Shown here: positions 9,519-20,536 of the stretch, piece by piece
Layout of the letters: each line of letters starts with the position of its first letter
Numbering within the stretch: the stretch's first letter is position 1
Source of the DNA: an uncultured Candidatus Saccharibacteria bacterium
GTDB taxonomy: Bacteria; Patescibacteriota; WWE3; UBA101185; UBA10185
Assembly: GCA_964496905.1 (NCBI GenBank)
Contig: CAZCAQ010000003.1
Location: 1,701 to 65,700 of the forward strand
Direction of reading: 5' to 3'
DNA: 64,000 nt
Position numbers and translations under genes: made by a program
The notes under the pieces: model-generated
The model's database searches: none
What the model was told of the DNA's origin: nothing
What the model saw: only the letters and a program-made list of their open reading frames with translations

Positions 9519-10708
9519 AAATATTAAGAATTTCTTACGAGTGGCCTCCTCCTTGGATTGGGCTAACTCCACACATTTATGAAGTCACAGCCCACCAGGC
9601 CAAAATGGGGCATTTTATTCACGTTTTTTGTGCTAGGTGGTTTAAAGCCGGTGATTTAGAGACTTTGCCAAACACCAGATTACACACTTTTTTCCGCGAA
9701 CCGCTTCCAGGCACCCTTTTTTTTACAGTTGGGCCGTTGCTACTGCTTTATTACTGGATGTGGAGGTGTTTAAATACTCCAGACATTATTCACATGCACG
9801 GTCATTTTGGATATTGGATTCTTGTGTATAGAAATTTTTTAAGGTCTATTAAAAAAAAGAACTTTGAAACCAGAATCCCGCTTGTGGTTCATTTTCACAA
9901 CAATGCACAGGAGCGTTGGGACAAAATGAAAGAGGCCGGCACTAAAATAAATTGGTATTCGTCAAAAATTTCATATCCCATGGAAATTAGGGCAAATAAG
10001 CTCGCTATTAAGCTCGCCGACGCCTACATTTTTGTAAGTGAAGATATGAAAAAAGCCGCTATAAATTTGTATGGTGCCGATGAGTCCAAATGTTATGTTG
10101 TAGAGTCAGGAGTTAATACCGAAATGTTTACTCCCGTAGATATGAACGAACGCGACAAAACCCGAAAAGAACTTGGGCTAATTTTTACAGACCGTGTAAT
10201 TGTAAATGTCGGTTTTATTAAAGAGCGAAAGAATATTCATTTGCTTGTTGAATCACTTGTTAAGCTACCTCCCGAATACAAGTTAATTTTAATGGGCGAT
10301 GGAGATGCTGATTATATTGAAAAAATTGATGAATATGTGCGTGATCACAAACTAGAAACTAGAGTAATTAGAATTGGCGCCTCTTCCTATAAAGAAGTGC
10401 CCTTTGTTATGCAAATCTCAGATGTTTTTGTTTTACCGTCGTCTTACGAAGGTTTATCTAAAGCAGCACTCGAAAGTTTGGCTTGTGGAGTTCCCGTTTT
10501 GTACTCTGGCTCTACCTTTAGCCAAGAAATTCAAGGATTAACATACTTAAAAGAAATTACTCAACAATCAATTGCCGACAATATTAAACAAATTGTCGAA
10601 TCCAAGCCTTTTGTAGACATTGGCAAAATAAAGGCACTTTATTCATGGGTACGGAAAGTTGATGAAATTGAAAAGGTATATGACAAAGTTAAAAACACTA
10701 CTAATTAA
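9515..10708 (+). CDS. GT4-family glycosyltransferase
   Basis: EGLSKAALESLACGVPVLYS motif. Confidence 0.7.
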   Translation: MKILRISYEWPPPWIGLTPHIYEVTAHQAKMGHFIHVFCARWFKAGDLETLPNTRLHTFFREPLPGTLFFTVGPLLLLYYWMWRCLNTPDIIHMHGHFGYWILVYRNFLRSIKKKNFETRIPLVVHFHNNAQERWDKMKEAGTKINWYSSKISYPMEIRANKLAIKLADAYIFVSEDMKKAAINLYGADESKCYVVESGVNTEMFTPVDMNERDKTRKELGLIFTDRVIVNVGFIKERKNIHLLVESLVKLPPEYKLILMGDGDADYIEKIDEYVRDHKLETRVIRIGASSYKEVPFVMQISDVFVLPSSYEGLSKAALESLACGVPVLYSGSTFSQEIQGLTYLKEITQQSIADNIKQIVESKPFVDIGKIKALYSWVRKVDEIEKVYDKVKNTTN

Positions 10709-12218
10709 GTATCCTTCCCTTATTCTTCTTGTCCTTTACGTCTTAATTCACCTTGTGTTAATTAACGTAAACGTAGCAGAGTGGGGAGATTCATATAGAA
10801 TTTTGCGCGCAGCTTTATACATTGATAACTTAACCTATCCTGACGACGAAAAAAGGCCGCCGCTTTTTTCTGCGTTAATTTCTGTTTTTCCGCAAAACCC
10901 TGATCCCGTTTTGTGGGGGCGTGTAACAGTTTTTGCACTAGGAGTTGCCACCTTTGGATTGTTTCTTAAGCTGCTCAAAAAGTTTTTACTCGACCATACT
11001 GTTTACTCAGTACGAAACTTGTACTTAGGTGGGTTGCTTTTTATGTTTAATCCAGTTTTGTTTTATTGGTCACTAAGAGTTATGAGTGATGTTTTGTTCT
11101 TATTTTTGGTTGTTTTAGCCTTTTGTATCTATTATTTTGTCCACCATCCTGCCAAAAAAGCGGCTTTGCTTGGTTTAGTTGCTGGATTTTCTGTATTAAC
11201 AAGGTTTGAAGGTTACTTGCTTTTTGGCGCGTTTGGTTTGGAATTTGGCATTAGCTTTTTACAAAAAAAGGATTTTAAAAGCATTTTTATGTATGGATTG
11301 GCTTTTATGCTCTTGTTTATCCCTTTTGTGGTATGGAGAAATCCCTTGTCTTCATCATACCTTGAGGAGCCTGGTGGGCGTGTTTATGACATTAACACAG
11401 TGTTTATTTTCTTGTTAGCTTTTTTGTTTTCATTGGGTTTTACTAGCGCACCTCAATTTTTTAGACTCCCTAAAAAATTTGTGCAAACTAATATAGCCTT
11501 AACTGCGTTTTTAAGTGTTTCCTTTATTCTTGTTTTACTCTGGCCCGCGGCTGTTCCAAGGCTTTTAATGCCCATGTTGCCGTTTTTAATTATTTTTGTC
11601 GTCCTAAACATGGTCAGCTATTTTTCACAAGCCAAGAGCACTAAGGACATTAGGGGAGCGATAGTTGGGCTTAGTTTATTAGCTTTGTATGTTGTGGGGC
11701 AGCTTAAGTACAAGCAACAGTTCATGATTGTTAATAAGTACATATTTGTTTTAATAGTGCTACTTTCGATTTTATCGATTTTCTTTATGTTTATTAGAAA
11801 TGCCAGACTCTTTTATGCATCTATTGTTTTATCTGCCTTACTTTGGTCTAGTTCCATAATTTATCTGCACAAGGATTTGTACACGACCTTGATTATAACT
11901 TCAGACTATATGCTTCAAAATTTACAGGGCCACATAAAGTATAACGATACGGCGTCAATAATTGAGTGGACTATTGATCATAGGGATCCACAAAATAAAT
12001 TAACCGGAGACTTTGGCCCACTTTATAACACCAACACGATCGACTATAATAAGCTAATTGGTGAAAAAAAGTACGATTACTTAGTAGTTACTACTGAGGA
12101 AAGGCCTTCTCTTAACTTTGAGCCTGACGCTAACTATTTGGTAGAAGTTTTTAGTTCAGAAAAATATACGAATGGAGCAGTATTTTCGACAAAAATATAT
12201 AAAGTAAACTATGAATAA
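10662..12218 (+). CDS. Polytopic GT-C-like membrane glycosyltransferase (PMT/ArnT-like topology)
   Basis: About 12 TM helices with a soluble C-terminal domain. The ORF-track start 10659 is a TTG; ATG codons lie at 10662 and 10680. The gene overlaps the upstream GT4 by about 30-50 bp. Confidence 0.55.
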   Translation: MKLKRYMTKLKTLLIKYPSLILLVLYVLIHLVLINVNVAEWGDSYRILRAALYIDNLTYPDDEKRPPLFSALISVFPQNPDPVLWGRVTVFALGVATFGLFLKLLKKFLLDHTVYSVRNLYLGGLLFMFNPVLFYWSLRVMSDVLFLFLVVLAFCIYYFVHHPAKKAALLGLVAGFSVLTRFEGYLLFGAFGLEFGISFLQKKDFKSIFMYGLAFMLLFIPFVVWRNPLSSSYLEEPGGRVYDINTVFIFLLAFLFSLGFTSAPQFFRLPKKFVQTNIALTAFLSVSFILVLLWPAAVPRLLMPMLPFLIIFVVLNMVSYFSQAKSTKDIRGAIVGLSLLALYVVGQLKYKQQFMIVNKYIFVLIVLLSILSIFFMFIRNARLFYASIVLSALLWSSSIIYLHKDLYTTLIITSDYMLQNLQGHIKYNDTASIIEWTIDHRDPQNKLTGDFGPLYNTNTIDYNKLIGEKKYDYLVVTTEERPSLNFEPDANYLVEVFSSEKYTNGAVFSTKIYKVNYE

Positions 12219-12906
12219 ACTTTCAATAATAATTCCTGTTTATAACGAGCAAAATACTGTAGTACAGCTGGTGGACATAGTTGATAAGGTTGAGCTTAAA
12301 AATATAGAAAAAGAAATAATAATAGTTAACGATGCCTCCAAAGATGAAACTGCACAAAGAATAAAGGAGATTCAACAGGCAAAACCCCATATTAAAGTAT
12401 TTCACCATGAACAAAACCAAGGAAAAGGTGCTGCGTTAAGAACAGGCATAGCTCAAACAACAGGAGATTATGTAATTATTCAAGACGCCGATTTGGAATA
12501 TGACCCCCAAGATTATGTAAAGCTTATTCAACCAATTTTGGCCAATGAGGCTGAAGTTGTTTACGGCTCGCGTTTTTCTGGAAATTACAAAGATATGACA
12601 AATTTGCATTATTTTGGGAACAAAATGCTAACTTTAGTTACCAATATTTTATACGGCGTCATGCTTACCGATATGGAAACCTGTTACAAACTTACTCCTG
12701 GGGAGTTTATTCGCGGAATTAAAATTGGCTCTGACCGGTTTAACTTTGAACCCGAAATAACGGCTAAAATTTTAAAATCAAAACTAAGAGTAATAGAGGT
12801 GCCAATTAGTTATAAGGGACGATCTCATTCTGAGGGCAAAAAAATAACTTGGCGCGATGGAGTTTCGGCACTTTATACACTAATTAAATTTAGGTTTGTG
12901 AACTAA
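12211..12906 (+). CDS. GT2 glycosyltransferase (polyprenol-monophosphate sugar synthase-like)
   Basis: LSIIIPVYNEQNTV...IIVNDASKDET...IQDADLEYDP. Confidence 0.8.
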   Translation: MNKLSIIIPVYNEQNTVVQLVDIVDKVELKNIEKEIIIVNDASKDETAQRIKEIQQAKPHIKVFHHEQNQGKGAALRTGIAQTTGDYVIIQDADLEYDPQDYVKLIQPILANEAEVVYGSRFSGNYKDMTNLHYFGNKMLTLVTNILYGVMLTDMETCYKLTPGEFIRGIKIGSDRFNFEPEITAKILKSKLRVIEVPISYKGRSHSEGKKITWRDGVSALYTLIKFRFVN

Positions 12907-12907
12907 T

Positions 12908-15016
12908 ATGACAATAAATAGGCAACAATTAACCAGTTTTTACTCAAAATATGCAGATTACTTGTACATTTTGGCTTTAATAGTGTTTTCGGCCTTGGTG
13001 TTTGCAGTTTGTGTAAAAATTAATTTTTTTCGATTAAACAATTTTGACCTGGGTAAATTCGATTTGGGCAATATGAATCAAATGGCTTGGTATACCCTAA
13101 GAGGTAAAATCATGTACCTTACAGATTATTTTGGGTCAAACGTGCCAAGGTGGTCAATGAGCCATGTTGACCCTATTTTACTTTTATTTGTACCGATTTT
13201 TGCACTCTCTCCTCATGTGTTAACACTTGTATTTGTTCAAATCATTTTGATTTTGTCGTGCTCAATAATTATTTTTAAATTAGCCAAATTGCATTTACAC
13301 TCAAGTTTAGCTTCCTTTTTAATAGCTATGGCATATCTGTTTTATCCGGCATTAGGCTTTTTAATGGCTTGGACTGGCTACCATGGTGTAAGTGCCGCTA
13401 TGCCGTTTTTCCTTTTAGCTTTTTATTTTTACGAAAAAATGTACAAAACAGGGGAATTTACGCTAAAGAGGCAAATTATATTTTGGGTAATGATATTTAT
13501 TACATTAATTGGCAAAGAGCAACTTTCGTTGTATGTTGCGCTGTACGGGTTGTTTATTATAGTAATGAGAAAAAACCTTAAATACGGCCTTGCTTTAATT
13601 GCCACAGGAGTTATTTGGTTTGCGATTACTTTTTTTGTAATTATACCTAACAATACGCACTATCGCGTTGAAAGCTATGAAAAATTTGCTCAAGAACTTA
13701 GGCTTGGTGATGATTTGCGCGAAACAATTACGCAAGATAATTACTTTTTAAGTAGATACGCCGATTTTGGAGATTCATATTTTAGTGTGGCATTTGGCAT
13801 GCTATCTCAACCAGATAAAGTTATTGAAGTCTTTTTTGGTGGAGATAAATTTGAAAATTTTAATATGACAATGGCTCCGGTTCTTTATATGCCTTTTGGG
13901 GCACCCGCATACTTTATTTTGGCAGCGCCGGATTTTGCCATGAACTATTTAACAACCGCTCCAGGCCTTTCAACGGCGGAAATTTATAATCATCGAACTT
14001 CAATGATCATTCCAGTGCTGTTTATTTCGTGCATTTATTTTATTGCGTTTATGGGTAGGTACTTAAATCGGTTTGCAAAAATAAAGTTTAGTTATGTTGT
14101 TATTACGCTAAGTTTTGTTTTAGCGCTTTCTAACTTTTATTATTCATTCAAGTTCCAAAACCCAGTCTATACATGGTTTCATCAATCAATTCTAAAAAGA
14201 ATAACAATTGTGGATATAGTTTTTGCTAAAGAAGAAGATCAATGGAAAAAAGACTACAAGACAGCAAAAGTGGGCGATACACTTAGAATTCCGCAAATGG
14301 ATCAAAAAGATCGATCATGTGCATTAAAGCTTGTAAATCAAATTCCTGATGAAGTGTCTATATCGGGACCAGATTACATGGGAGCTCACTTGTCTTTGCG
14401 AGAAACTTATGCCTTATTCCCAGCTTTATATCAAACCGCTGACATAGTTATCGCTGACATATTTTCTCAAAAAGTCTTTAGAGTTTTTGATTTAGACAGA
14501 TCACTTGTTTACGAATATACAGGCGATTTAATTAAAAGCCCAAATTACAAGCTTAAGAGTGCTTGCGGAAATTTGTTTGTTTTTGAAAAAATCGGACCTC
14601 ATAAAAAGGACACCAAATTGCCAATTCAAGAAATTTATAAATATCAGGAAAGGTACAACTTTGACTTATCTCAAGATACTTTTTTGGTTGACTTTGATTT
14701 TCCTAAGCAGGTTACTAAAAATAAAGTTGATAATGCTAGGTTTGTATTTGTAAAAAGAGGTGACGAGAGCCTTGACGGTTATTACTCGTTTATAACGTTT
14801 GTAAATGTTAAAAATGATGACAAATATCAAGTTGCTAATTTGCCTTCGTTTGGCCTTAAATCCTTAAGTGATTGGCAAGAAGACCTATATTATGAAGAAA
14901 AAGTAGACATCGCCCTGCCTGCATTTGTAGACTCTGGCGATTATCGCGTTTTTATTGGAATTACAAATGGCGTTAAAACGCGCAGTGTTTATTTAGGAGA
15001 GGTGCAGGTTAAGTGA
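12908..15016 (+). CDS. Polytopic membrane protein with a large C-terminal extracytoplasmic domain (GT-C-like, DUF2079-type architecture)
   Basis: About 400-aa multi-TM N-terminal half followed by about 300 soluble residues. Confidence 0.5.
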   Translation: MTINRQQLTSFYSKYADYLYILALIVFSALVFAVCVKINFFRLNNFDLGKFDLGNMNQMAWYTLRGKIMYLTDYFGSNVPRWSMSHVDPILLLFVPIFALSPHVLTLVFVQIILILSCSIIIFKLAKLHLHSSLASFLIAMAYLFYPALGFLMAWTGYHGVSAAMPFFLLAFYFYEKMYKTGEFTLKRQIIFWVMIFITLIGKEQLSLYVALYGLFIIVMRKNLKYGLALIATGVIWFAITFFVIIPNNTHYRVESYEKFAQELRLGDDLRETITQDNYFLSRYADFGDSYFSVAFGMLSQPDKVIEVFFGGDKFENFNMTMAPVLYMPFGAPAYFILAAPDFAMNYLTTAPGLSTAEIYNHRTSMIIPVLFISCIYFIAFMGRYLNRFAKIKFSYVVITLSFVLALSNFYYSFKFQNPVYTWFHQSILKRITIVDIVFAKEEDQWKKDYKTAKVGDTLRIPQMDQKDRSCALKLVNQIPDEVSISGPDYMGAHLSLRETYALFPALYQTADIVIADIFSQKVFRVFDLDRSLVYEYTGDLIKSPNYKLKSACGNLFVFEKIGPHKKDTKLPIQEIYKYQERYNFDLSQDTFLVDFDFPKQVTKNKVDNARFVFVKRGDESLDGYYSFITFVNVKNDDKYQVANLPSFGLKSLSDWQEDLYYEEKVDIALPAFVDSGDYRVFIGITNGVKTRSVYLGEVQVK

Positions 15017-16497
15017 AAGACCTTGGCAAGTGGCAAACAATTAGCTTTGCATCTAGGATGATTTCCAAAGTCATTGGAATGATTCCAAGCATTCTAATTC
15101 CAAGAATCTTGAGTGTCTCTGATTTTGGTTTAGTAGGCATAGCTAAATCTCTAGGTAAAACTTTTGGTGTGACTCAAAACTTAGGCCTTGCCTCTGGCAG
15201 TACGCGCGAGATTTCTAACTTTAAAAATACACACGAAGACATATTCAAAATTTTTATCACGTCTGTTGCTATTAAATACTTGCTTAGTTTTCCTATGGCT
15301 TTAGCCTTGTTTTTATTAGCGGAACGCCTTGCAGTTCAATATAACAATCAAGCTCTTGTTATGCCATTAAAAATTTTCGCCATAGTTTTGGTCGTTCAAA
15401 ACATTCAGAGTCTTTTTAATTCTGTTGTACAAGGAATGCAGAGATTCAAGCTTTTGTTTACGTACCAGGTTTTAATAACTATTCCAAATGTAATTTTGTT
15501 TGTTTCCTTAGTTTATTTGTACGGAGTGAATGGTTATTTTTATGCTTCTCTAGCTTTTAATTTAATAGCTTCGTTAATTTTAGGTGTCTTAGCTTTATGG
15601 CCATTAAGGCATAGCTTTAAAATGCCTTCAAAGGCTGAGTTTAAAAAAATTGGAAAAGCAGTGTTTGTAGTAAGCCTTGCAGTTTATGCAGCAAAGATTA
15701 TTTATACGTTTTGGGAAGGTATAGGACCATTAATTTTAGGCAGATCGTTAAGCGCCGAAGAGGTAGGTTTTTTTGTTTTTGCCGCTTTGTATGCAGGTCA
15801 ATTAATGGCAATCTCAGATTCTATTACAGACGTAAATTTGTCTGTTTTCTCAAAAGAGTACTCAATTAATAGTCAAACCTTTAAAGACCTGTTTATGAAA
15901 AACTTTAACAAAATTTATGTCTTAGTCATTTTTATAGCATTAAGTGCAATTTATTGGAGTTTTGAAATAACAACATTTTTTTATGGGGATAAGTATTTAA
16001 ACTCGCTTATTCTAATTCCGCCTATTTTAACTGCATTTGTGTTTTACTCATACATTAATATTATAAAATCAAGCATTTTTGTACCCGCAAAATTAATGCG
16101 CGAACTTATTGTTTCCTATGGTTTATTGCTTGTTATAACGGTCGTAGCCTATTTTGTGCTTAAAAATTTTATGGATCCACTTCAAGCTATGGCAGTTGGC
16201 ATGGCTATTGGAGCGTGCGTCTCATATTTTAGTATAAATATTTTTACACAAATTAAACTTAATTTTTTAGTGTTTAATGGTGCACATTTGTCTGTTTTGA
16301 TTGAGGCAATTTTAATAGTTTTAGGAGCACATTTATTTAGTTCAAAAATTATGGATATAACTACAACTTGGTATATGTTTTTGCCCAAATTTATATTCTA
16401 TGGAATCTTCGCTTTGTTGTTTATATGGCTTACAAAGACATCAGGTTTTTTTGACATAAAGTCTTTAAAAATTTGGAATAAACTAAGCAGCTCATGA
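15013..16497 (+). CDS. Wzx-like oligosaccharide flippase (MOP superfamily)
   Basis: GTG start. 494 aa with about 12-14 TM helices. Typical polysaccharide-biosynthesis-protein layout. Confidence 0.6.
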   Translation: MKDLGKWQTISFASRMISKVIGMIPSILIPRILSVSDFGLVGIAKSLGKTFGVTQNLGLASGSTREISNFKNTHEDIFKIFITSVAIKYLLSFPMALALFLLAERLAVQYNNQALVMPLKIFAIVLVVQNIQSLFNSVVQGMQRFKLLFTYQVLITIPNVILFVSLVYLYGVNGYFYASLAFNLIASLILGVLALWPLRHSFKMPSKAEFKKIGKAVFVVSLAVYAAKIIYTFWEGIGPLILGRSLSAEEVGFFVFAALYAGQLMAISDSITDVNLSVFSKEYSINSQTFKDLFMKNFNKIYVLVIFIALSAIYWSFEITTFFYGDKYLNSLILIPPILTAFVFYSYINIIKSSIFVPAKLMRELIVSYGLLLVITVVAYFVLKNFMDPLQAMAVGMAIGACVSYFSINIFTQIKLNFLVFNGAHLSVLIEAILIVLGAHLFSSKIMDITTTWYMFLPKFIFYGIFALLFIWLTKTSGFFDIKSLKIWNKLSSS

Positions 16498-17438
16498 AAA
16501 ATATACCAAAAGTACTTTTGAGAGTATTCTTAAGCTTATTTTTTGTATACTTAACTTTTGCAACAAGTGATATAAGTTTTGATGAAGTTTCCAAGATTAT
16601 AAAATCGGCAAGTACTTGGTATTTTCCACTTATTTTACTTTTAATAGTTTTAAATTATGCCGTTAGTACCCATAGATGGAAGGATTTAGTTCTTGTTGAA
16701 GAAAGCCAAAAGCCCAAGTACTCGAGTTTTTTAAGCCTCTATTTTATTGGTTCTTTTTTTAATAATTTTTTGGTTACATCAATTGGCGGCGACGCATACA
16801 AAATTTATAAGCTTGGTAAAAGAATAAACGATACACCCAAGGCATTTGCCGCGACTTTTATGGATAGGTTTACAGGTTTTTTGGTTTTGATCGCTGTATC
16901 TTATTTTGGATTTTTGTTCACCTGGGAAATGTGGTTTGATTTTGTTAACTCTTTTTTAAACAATCACACTGCAACTTATGCTGTACTAGGCTTAAGTTTA
17001 TTTGGTTTTTGGATATGTACAGGTATATTCTTTCTTTCGCTTAAAGTTTTGGCCAAAAAAGTAAAATCTGCTCAAAAGTTACTTAATGTATTAAGCTTAT
17101 ACAAAAGCTATAAAAATAAAATTGTCATGGCTTTACTTACTTCTTTATTAGTTCAGATTTTAGCCATATTTAGCCAGTATTTTGTGTTTTCAAGCTTAGG
17201 ATACACTATACCTCTTGGGTTTACACTCTTTGTAATTCCAGTTATTACACTAGCTGGCTTTTTTATTCCTTCTATAAATGGAATTGGCGTACAAGACTAC
17301 ATGTATAAAGAGCTTTTTTTGCTTGTTGGAATTCCACCATTAATTTCTTTAAGTGCCTCAATTTTGTACCACTTCTTAAGATTAACAGTAAGTTTGATTG
17401 GAGGGCTATTATATGCAATGGGTAAAGCAGATAGTTAA
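16494..17438 (+). CDS. Flippase-like membrane protein (UPF0104 / lysyl-PG-synthase TM-region family)
   Basis: 314 aa with about 8 TM helices and a central GGD/AYK-containing loop (IGGDAYKIYK). Proteins of this family commonly partner with GT2 enzymes. Confidence 0.4.
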   Translation: MKNIPKVLLRVFLSLFFVYLTFATSDISFDEVSKIIKSASTWYFPLILLLIVLNYAVSTHRWKDLVLVEESQKPKYSSFLSLYFIGSFFNNFLVTSIGGDAYKIYKLGKRINDTPKAFAATFMDRFTGFLVLIAVSYFGFLFTWEMWFDFVNSFLNNHTATYAVLGLSLFGFWICTGIFFLSLKVLAKKVKSAQKLLNVLSLYKSYKNKIVMALLTSLLVQILAIFSQYFVFSSLGYTIPLGFTLFVIPVITLAGFFIPSINGIGVQDYMYKELFLLVGIPPLISLSASILYHFLRLTVSLIGGLLYAMGKADS

Positions 17439-19089
17439 CAAGTTATTATCCAATCAGAATTTAAAAAAGGTCATAGCGGTTGTATTTTTTGTTGTCATTT
17501 ATGTCTTAGTACATTTTTCATATTTAGGTACAAATGAGCTTAACCCAGATGCCGTCAACTGGCACAAGAGGTCTGAACAATTTGTATTGGCGTTTAAAAC
17601 TAAAGACTTTATAAAAACTAACCAACATTATCACCCAGGAGTCACATTAATGTGGATAATAGGGCCATCGGTAGAACTGGTAAAACAATTTACCAATGCT
17701 GGTGTTATTTATAGTTCCGAAAACTATCAGATTTTTCATTTTGTGTCCAAAACGGCTCTAATGCTTGTAAATTTAGTTCTCTCGTTAGTATTAATGTACT
17801 TTTTGCGCAAGATAATTGGTTTTTGGAAATCATTTGCAGTGGTTTTTTTAATGAATATCGAACCGTTTTTTTTGGGAAATTCTCGCATTTTGCACATGGA
17901 TATTCTATTTTCAAGCTTAGTAGCTGTTTGCTTAACTCTAGCGTTTTATGCTTTTAAAAGCCTAAAGTTAAGATTTTTTGCTTTAAGCGGTTTTTTTGCC
18001 GCGCTTACAGTTTTAACACGAAGTGTTGGAATTGGCATAATTTTATACAATCTGGTTTTTTTTGTTTATACAGCAATAATTACAAAAAGTAGAAAATTAA
18101 TAGCTTTAAGCGGCATTTTTGCATTTTCTGTAGTTTTAACGTGTTTTGCTCTTTTTCCTGCCTTGTGGGTTAAACCTATAAAAACGGTTGATAAAATATT
18201 TTCACGCAGTTATCAGGTTGGCGTTGAGTACGGACACAATCAAATTTTTATGAACCAATACACCGAAGATCCAGGGCTCATGTTTTACTTGGCTGCAATA
18301 ACTCTTAAATCCTCACCTTTTGTTCTATTTGGAATATTCTTAGCGATAGTATTTGGTGTTATTCATTTGCGTAAAATAAATAAGACAACTTTATGGAGCG
18401 ACACACTTTTGTGCAAGAATATTTTGTCTTTTACATTGTTCTTGTTAATTTTTTACGCTGGCTACTTTTTGATACTAAATACGTCAAACAAAAAAATAGA
18501 CAGATATATTTTGCCACTTTTTTTCTTTTTTAGTTATGTTTCAGTTTGGGGCTATTTTTACTTGTTCAAAGCTTTTGACCATGTTGTAGTTAAATTGTTA
18601 GTTGGGCTGTTTTTTGTTGTTTCGATTATTTATCCAATTTATAGATTCTCGCCGTATGAGTTTTTGTATTATTCTCCACTTTTTAAAAATAGCGAAGTTG
18701 CAAACAATGTAATTTCTCAAAAAAACTTTGGGATTGGAATTTTTCACCTAAAAAAATTTATTGACGCTAGATATGGGTGTTCTTTAACTACACCTAAAAG
18801 TCCCAAAAACTTTCAACCTGTTATATATGGTGGTACATATGTTTGCCCTTCAAACGTGAGTGCTTTAAACATAGGACTTAGCGATACAAAAGCCATGAAG
18901 GAATTGCATGGTAATTCACGTACAACAGATTTTAGGTTTAACAGTCCATCAATGTATGACGTCTTGGTATTATCAATAGACGAAGAAATGCCCAAAGAAG
19001 TAGTAGAGGATAATCTTACATATATTAAAGATTCCTCAATTTTTGTTAACGATGTAGAGTTATGGAGAATCTATGTTAGAAAAGATTAA
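17398..19089 (+). CDS. GT-C membrane glycosyltransferase, first of three tandem PMT/ArnT-like paralogs
   Basis: Multi-TM with the loop motif WHKRSEQF...YHPGVTLMW shared with the 20533 paralog. An alternative ATG lies at 17413. Confidence 0.6.
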   Translation: MEGYYMQWVKQIVNKLLSNQNLKKVIAVVFFVVIYVLVHFSYLGTNELNPDAVNWHKRSEQFVLAFKTKDFIKTNQHYHPGVTLMWIIGPSVELVKQFTNAGVIYSSENYQIFHFVSKTALMLVNLVLSLVLMYFLRKIIGFWKSFAVVFLMNIEPFFLGNSRILHMDILFSSLVAVCLTLAFYAFKSLKLRFFALSGFFAALTVLTRSVGIGIILYNLVFFVYTAIITKSRKLIALSGIFAFSVVLTCFALFPALWVKPIKTVDKIFSRSYQVGVEYGHNQIFMNQYTEDPGLMFYLAAITLKSSPFVLFGIFLAIVFGVIHLRKINKTTLWSDTLLCKNILSFTLFLLIFYAGYFLILNTSNKKIDRYILPLFFFFSYVSVWGYFYLFKAFDHVVVKLLVGLFFVVSIIYPIYRFSPYEFLYYSPLFKNSEVANNVISQKNFGIGIFHLKKFIDARYGCSLTTPKSPKNFQPVIYGGTYVCPSNVSALNIGLSDTKAMKELHGNSRTTDFRFNSPSMYDVLVLSIDEEMPKEVVEDNLTYIKDSSIFVNDVELWRIYVRKD

Positions 19090-20536
19090 ACAAAACAAGA
19101 TTATTCTTGGAATATTATTTGTAGCATTAATTTTGCGCCTTATTGGTTTTTGGCACGGATTTCCATTTGTATTTCACCCAGACGAACCCTCTGTAATTAG
19201 GTCCGCACTTGGTATCCGCTTTGATACGAACCCAGGACACTTTGATTGGCCACATCTTCACTTTTACTTAAACTATTTAGTGTATGTAGTCTTTTTAAAG
19301 TTTAGAGCTTTTTTTGCGCTTTTCCCTTTTTTAGAGTTTTTAAAAGACACAGTTATTTGGCGAGATCCAATTATTTTTTATATGCTAAGCAGAATGTTGA
19401 ACGGCGTTATTGGTGCTCTAACTGTTATTCCAATATATTTAGCAGGAAAAGAAATAGCCGGAAAAAAGGCTGGTTTATTAGCCGCAGCTATTTTTGCAAT
19501 TATGCCATTACATGTACGTGTAAGTCATTTTGCTCTAATTGACGTTCCCGCAGTGTTTTATATGAGTTGGGGAGTCTATTTTTCTTATAGAATATTAAAC
19601 AAAGCTTCATATAAAAATTATATTTTGGCAGGATTATTTTTTGGACTTGCTGCATCTACCAAATACAATGGTTTATTTGGAGCGGTTGTATTGGTTGTTT
19701 CTCACTTCATTTTATCTTACAGATCATTTAACCTTAAAAACTTTATTTTAAGGCCAATTTTTGCCATATTGGCCTGTTTATGTGCTTTTTTGATGGGTAC
19801 ACCATATGCCTTATTTGATTTTGAGACATTTTCTAGAGCAGACACTGCCAAAGGCGCATTATGGCAATTTACAAATGTTGGTAGTGTTTCTTTTGTAAAG
19901 CAAATAGAGCAGTTCTTCACCGAGGCATTTACTTCTATTGCAAAAGGTACTGGTATTACTCCCGTTTTAATTATGCTTGGTTTTATATTTGAAACTGGTC
20001 GAAATATACTGGGCAAAAGAAACATTCAGAATTTTTTGTTAACTGCACTGCCTGCACTTTTAATTATGTTTAATGTTGCGGGGTTTAGTAGGCAACAAAG
20101 TCATTATTATTTAATGGCGTATCCATTTATTGCTTTGGCGTTTGGTGTGTACTTAGCTGGCATAGATTTTAAAAAGTACCAAAAACCCGCCTACCTGATC
20201 ATATTTCTAATTCCACTCCTACTGTCATTACACCAGGTTATAAAGCTCTCAGTGACTGATACAAGAGTTTTAGCATATAAACACATAACAACTTATTTAA
20301 AGCCCGGGACAGTCGTACTTTATAATTCAAACGATTTTAGGCCTTTAGTAGAAAAATTGAAAAAAGACTACCAAACAAAAAAGGTCACGCAATATGTTGA
20401 GAGCAAAAAATATCCTAACGCAGTTTGGTTAGTTAAACTTCCCACATCAGAAATTATTGATCAAGATATTGCAATTCAAAAGTACTCAAATTCAATTAGG
20501 AATGGGCCTCAAGTTTATATATACTTCATACAATGA
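19073..20536 (+). CDS. GT-C glycosyltransferase, PMT_2/ArnT (GT39/83-like) family
   Basis: First periplasmic loop GFWHGFPFVFHPDEPSVIRSAL carries the hallmark DE motif of PMT/ArnT enzymes. About 11 TM helices. Confidence 0.7.
   Translation: MLEKIKQNKIILGILFVALILRLIGFWHGFPFVFHPDEPSVIRSALGIRFDTNPGHFDWPHLHFYLNYLVYVVFLKFRAFFALFPFLEFLKDTVIWRDPIIFYMLSRMLNGVIGALTVIPIYLAGKEIAGKKAGLLAAAIFAIMPLHVRVSHFALIDVPAVFYMSWGVYFSYRILNKASYKNYILAGLFFGLAASTKYNGLFGAVVLVVSHFILSYRSFNLKNFILRPIFAILACLCAFLMGTPYALFDFETFSRADTAKGALWQFTNVGSVSFVKQIEQFFTEAFTSIAKGTGITPVLIMLGFIFETGRNILGKRNIQNFLLTALPALLIMFNVAGFSRQQSHYYLMAYPFIALAFGVYLAGIDFKKYQKPAYLIIFLIPLLLSLHQVIKLSVTDTRVLAYKHITTYLKPGTVVLYNSNDFRPLVEKLKKDYQTKKVTQYVESKKYPNAVWLVKLPTSEIIDQDIAIQKYSNSIRNGPQVYIYFIQ

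Noticed and set aside
10659-10708. 50-bp overlap between the GT4 gene 9515..10708 and the next GT-C gene, as a possible frameshift or fusion
   Set aside because: Alternative in-frame starts (ATG 10662, 10680) reduce the overlap to about 30 bp, which is normal in this compact, coupled operon. There is no evidence of an interrupted frame.
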